Made by a program: the position numbers and the translations under genes. 64,000 nucleotides of DNA from Candidatus Latescibacterota bacterium (GTDB taxonomy: Bacteria; Latescibacterota; UBA2968; UBA8231): NCBI GenBank assembly GCA_965248265.1, contig CBDFJF010000002.1, positions 1,440,001 to 1,504,000 of the forward strand. Direction: 5' to 3'. This document shows positions 60,560 through 64,000 of this stretch, piece after piece; positions within the stretch are counted from its first letter, which is position 1, and every line of letters starts with the position of its first letter. Below the pieces are notes generated by a model, which ran no database searches, had not been told where the DNA came from, and worked only from the letters and a program-made list of their open reading frames with translations.

Positions 60560-62689
60560 TCACGGATGGCTCAGCTTCACCGCCCGCAGCTTGTTGTTCC
60601 AGTGGTCGCTGATCAGCAGGATGTCCTCACCATAGAGGCGAAGGGAGTAGGGATAGTTGAGGGTGGCATTGGTAGCCGGGCCACCGTCTCCGGAATCGCC
60701 GCCGTCATCGCTACCGGCGATGGTGCGCAACAAGCCATCGGGACCAACACAACGTACCTGGAAATTCTCCGTATCGGAGACGTAGATGATGCTGCCGTCT
60801 GGTGAAATCTCGACGCCATGTGGGGTGCCCAGGCTGGCTTGCAGCGCAGGCGTGCCGTCCGGAGAATGTCCTTCACCATCACCGGAGCCGATGACTGTGG
60901 TGATGATTCCTGATTCTGCATCGACACGCCGGACCACGTTATGGCCGATATCGCAGAAATACAGATTGCCAGACGTGTCGAAGCGGACGGACATAGGTCT
61001 GCCGATACGGGCCTGAACCGCCGGTCCCCCATCTCCGGTACGGCCATCGAGACCGTTGCCGGCGGCGGTGGTGATGATACCAGTTGTCGCATTCACCTTG
61101 CGGATACGGTGGGCGGAGGCGTCGGCGATGTAGAGATCGCCGTTGGGGGCGTGCTCGACGCCGGCGGGGTATATCAAATTGGCGCTGATTGAAGGACCAC
61201 CGTCACCCTTGTCCCACGGAAAGGCAGCCCCGGCAACGTTGTGGATCACTCCATCGGCATCGACGCGGCGCACATGGCCGTGGCGAGTGTCGGCGATGAT
61301 GAGGGTGCCATCCGGGCTCACCGAGACATCACCGGGATTGCCGAGAAAGGCTTCGGTGGCTTGCCCCCCGTCACCGCCATAGGCGCGCGCGCCCTCGCCG
61401 GCGACCGTGCGGATGACGCCGGTCTCAGCGTCGATGGCGCGAATCCGCTGGTTCCAGGAGTCGGCGAAGTAGATGTCACCGTTGGCGGCGATGGAAATAC
61501 CGTAGGGCCCGCGCAGGAATGCACTGGTCGCGGGCTCCCCGTCGTGAATGGTAGTCCCGCCCAGTGCGGTGGTAACGATTCCGGTCTTGCCGTCATAACG
61601 ACGCAGGCGTCCGGAAGAGTCGCCCCAGAACACGGTACCGTCCGGATCGGCCCATATTCCCGCCTCGATGGAATTGATGCGGCTCTCGGGACCAGGCAAG
61701 CCCTCATCGCCCCAGCCGGCCTGGCCATTGCCGGCCAGCGTGGACACCCGCCCCGTCTTGCCGTCCAGCTTGCGCAGCCGGAAGCCGTACTTTTCACCGA
61801 CGTAGAGGTTGTCATCCGGATCGAAGCAGAGGGCGTCAGGCATCAGGATGGCGGCCTCGGTACCGAGCTCACCGTCGCCGCTGGATGCCCGCTGACCATT
61901 GCCGAGAACGGTACTGATGATGCCCGTCTTCATGTCGATCTTGCGGATGCGGTCGTTGGAATTGTCGCAGATGAAGAGGTCGCCGTGTGAGTCGAAGGCC
62001 AGATGCTCGGGATGATGAAGGCCGGCATGTTCCTTCGGCCCGCCATCGCCCGAGTACCCACCCAGGTTCAGCCAGGGACCGGAGAACGGCCTGCTGCTTC
62101 CACGCTCGAGATCGTGATGCCGCTGCTCGATACCGGCGAAGATGTCGATGATGCTGGTCTTGGCGTCCACCCGGCGCACCACGTTCGACCACTCGCAGCA
62201 GATGAAGATGTTTCCGTCATCATCGACGGCAATGCCGGAATCATTGTCGAGCTCGCATTCCAGTGCGGGGCCGCCGTTGCCGCCCCAACCAGCCTTTCCG
62301 CAACCGATTACAGGCGTCACGACGCCGGTTCCTGCATCGATGCGGCGTACGACACGGGTACGCATTTCGGTCAGGTAGAGATTGTCATCCTTGTCCTTGT
62401 TGAGGTCGTGGGGATGATTGAAGCGCGCCTTGGATGCAGGACCGTCGTTACCGCTATACCCGGGTACCCCGTCACCGCCAAAGGTGTGGAGGATGCCGTC
62501 GGGGTCGATACGCCAGATGCGGTGTGCCCACATGTCGACGATAATGAGGTCGCCGCTGGCGATGCGGACAACACCCTGGGGCGCGCCTGCGGGCGCGTCG
62601 CGAGCTGGGATGCCTTCGAGGTAGCCGACGCCGGCGATGGTGGTGATGGCTCCGGGTTCGAGGTCGGCGAGCTGCTTCTTGAGACTCAT
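60560..62689 (-). CDS. NHL-repeat protein (about 12 repeats, no signal peptide)
   Basis: Repeated GDGG.A..A.L..P...D..G.LYI.D..N.RIR.VD...G.I.TVAG units; AAGGAG RBS. Confidence 0.9.
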   Translation of the reverse strand: MSLKKQLADLEPGAITTIAGVGYLEGIPARDAPAGAPQGVVRIASGDLIIVDMWAHRIWRIDPDGILHTFGGDGVPGYSGNDGPASKARFNHPHDLNKDKDDNLYLTEMRTRVVRRIDAGTGVVTPVIGCGKAGWGGNGGPALECELDNDSGIAVDDDGNIFICCEWSNVVRRVDAKTSIIDIFAGIEQRHHDLERGSSRPFSGPWLNLGGYSGDGGPKEHAGLHHPEHLAFDSHGDLFICDNSNDRIRKIDMKTGIISTVLGNGQRASSGDGELGTEAAILMPDALCFDPDDNLYVGEKYGFRLRKLDGKTGRVSTLAGNGQAGWGDEGLPGPESRINSIEAGIWADPDGTVFWGDSSGRLRRYDGKTGIVTTALGGTTIHDGEPATSAFLRGPYGISIAANGDIYFADSWNQRIRAIDAETGVIRTVAGEGARAYGGDGGQATEAFLGNPGDVSVSPDGTLIIADTRHGHVRRVDADGVIHNVAGAAFPWDKGDGGPSISANLIYPAGVEHAPNGDLYIADASAHRIRKVNATTGIITTAAGNGLDGRTGDGGPAVQARIGRPMSVRFDTSGNLYFCDIGHNVVRRVDAESGIITTVIGSGDGEGHSPDGTPALQASLGTPHGVEISPDGSIIYVSDTENFQVRCVGPDGLLRTIAGSDDGGDSGDGGPATNATLNYPYSLRLYGEDILLISDHWNNKLRAVKLSHP

Positions 62690-62861
62690 TTGGTTGGCTC
62701 TCCTTCCGTCACTGCGCTGGCGATCAGCCAATTGCCGTCACGACCGCACGCGGCGTAATACATCCGGTAGCGACCATCGTCGGTCTCGGTCACGGACATG
62801 TCCTCGGCATGAACACCCTCAATGTCGTCGGATTCGTAGCCGGAACCGTGATCCAACTCAT
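62686..62861 (-). pseudogene. Internally deleted beta-propeller glycosidase-like gene
   Basis: AAGGAG plus ATG (MSWIT) joined out of frame to GSGYESDDIEGVHAEDMSV..DGRYRMYYAAC..W.IASAV*, whose stop overlaps the NHL gene start. Confidence 0.55.
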
Positions 62862-63016
62862 TGAGGATACTCCTTGATTGGCTCCGGGCAGAGGCCCCCG
62901 CCATACCGGCAGCACAGCTGCTGGTGATTGAGGGGCAAAAACGCTCGCGCCGTTGCCCGTGTTGATGCAAATTAGTGACATCAAGCCACGCCTGACACGA
63001 GCAGGGGGAGGCGATT

Positions 63017-63382
63017 TTGGTTGAAGATACCCAGACCGTCCTTATCGTCGATGACGACCATGTTATTCTCGATTTCCTCGAGGATGTACTGCAAAGGTCG
63101 TACACCGTGATTCGCGCCGACAATGGCAGGGCCGCGGTGGACGTCTTTCGCGCCGTTGATCACATCGACCTCGTCCTGCTCGATCTCGCCATGCCCGAGA
63201 TGTCCGGTTACGAAGCCCTGGCCGAATTCCAGATCGTCGAACCCGACGTCAAGGTTGTCGTGATCACGGGAATGAGTCCCGAGCACGATCAACTACCGGG
63301 AATTCTCGGGGTTCTGACCAAACCTTTCCAGGCCGAGCAGATTACCTCCGTTGTCGAGGATGTTCTGGCGGCCTATTCCTGA
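63017..63382 (+). CDS. Single-domain response regulator receiver
   Basis: VLIVDDD, DLVLLDLAMPEMSG, ITG, KPF; GGAGG RBS with TTG start. Confidence 0.92.
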   Translation: MVEDTQTVLIVDDDHVILDFLEDVLQRSYTVIRADNGRAAVDVFRAVDHIDLVLLDLAMPEMSGYEALAEFQIVEPDVKVVVITGMSPEHDQLPGILGVLTKPFQAEQITSVVEDVLAAYS

Positions 63383-64000
63383 GCCGGCGGCCATGGATCC
63401 AGGCACGCCCCGGTCGGACGCGGCTCGGTCGTGCGCCAGGGCAGTTGTTCGCAGGTACTGTAGGTTACGTCCAACCAATCGGTCTCAATGCGCCGGTGTC
63501 CCTCGTGTCGCGAAGTAAGGGCCGCCTCGAGCACGCCGCTCGTCAACAGGGTGCGCTCCACGGGATAGCTGGGTTTTCCAGTGAGAAACATCTCTTCAAT
63601 GTTTAAGCCCAGATAGCTGAAGTGGGCGTGGGGTCCCCGCTGCCCTCCGTGACTCTGGCAGTAAAACTCGGTCGCGCGGATGTCGCCTCTCCCACTGCGG
63701 CAGGCGTAGCCCAACCCCGTCACGTAGCCGTTCAGCATCAGTGCCGATCCCTTGAGTCCATCACGGTATTCTACGACAAACAAAGCCGGGTTTTCACAAT
63801 GCTCCTCCATGGAGCCGTCCTCCTTGTCGACGATGACATCACAGGCTGCCTCGCCGAGTTCTCGCGACCAGAGCCCTTCGTCGGCGGCACGCCAGACGTC
63901 GTCACCTTCCAGGCAGGTCACTGCTCGCACTCCAGTCTCGTTGCCGAGACGGCGCTCCACCATGCACTGCAGCGTTTCCAGGGTGTGGAACCCGTAGATG
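63373..64000 (-). CDS. Hypothetical oxidoreductase-like protein, 5' end outside the window
   Basis: Frame open to the window edge: YGFHTLETLQCMVERR.GNETGV, IEEMFLTGKPSYPVERTLLTSG. Confidence 0.7.
   Translation of the reverse strand, partial: IYGFHTLETLQCMVERRLGNETGVRAVTCLEGDDVWRAADEGLWSRELGEAACDVIVDKEDGSMEEHCENPALFVVEYRDGLKGSALMLNGYVTGLGYACRSGRGDIRATEFYCQSHGGQRGPHAHFSYLGLNIEEMFLTGKPSYPVERTLLTSGVLEAALTSRHEGHRRIETDWLDVTYSTCEQLPWRTTEPRPTGACLDPWPPAQE

Noticed and set aside
62959-62984. TTGATG-N11-CATCAA inverted repeat as an FNR site
   Set aside because: FNR needs TTGAT-N4-ATCAA; the spacing is wrong and the regulator is unknown
1-64000. CRISPR arrays, rRNA/tRNA genes, integrase or transposase
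   Set aside because: No spaced repeat array, RNA gene pattern or recombinase motif seen by eye; short RNAs could have been missed

Overview
A 64 kb, GC-rich (roughly 60% by eye) bacterial chromosomal window with about 55 protein-coding genes. I saw no rRNA, tRNA, CRISPR array or intact transposase. The content is dominated by accessory catabolic enzymes: several PhyH-family dioxygenases, Gfo/Idh/MocA oxidoreductases, amidohydrolases, nitrilases, a sulfatase, a BNR sialidase, a sterol desaturase-like protein and an NHL-repeat protein. This resembles marine or sponge-associated lineages such as Ca. Latescibacterota/Poribacteria (inference only). Recognisable loci are gap, nrfHA (all-CXXCH NrfA), a Phd/VapC toxin-antitoxin pair, a TRAP transporter, ada, a frameshifted rapA and a SNF2-SWIM helicase. 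The strongest candidate for an undescribed system is a full-length GAPDH paralogue that has lost its catalytic residues (Cys->Ala, Arg->Asn) and is translationally coupled (TAATG) to an intact gap, suggesting a pseudoenzyme partner subunit. A second theme is intergenic DNA made of short gene remnants and start-joined-to-end deletion scars (about 20.8-23.2 kb, 43.5 kb and 62.8 kb). All family calls are from motif recognition by eye; no database searches were run.
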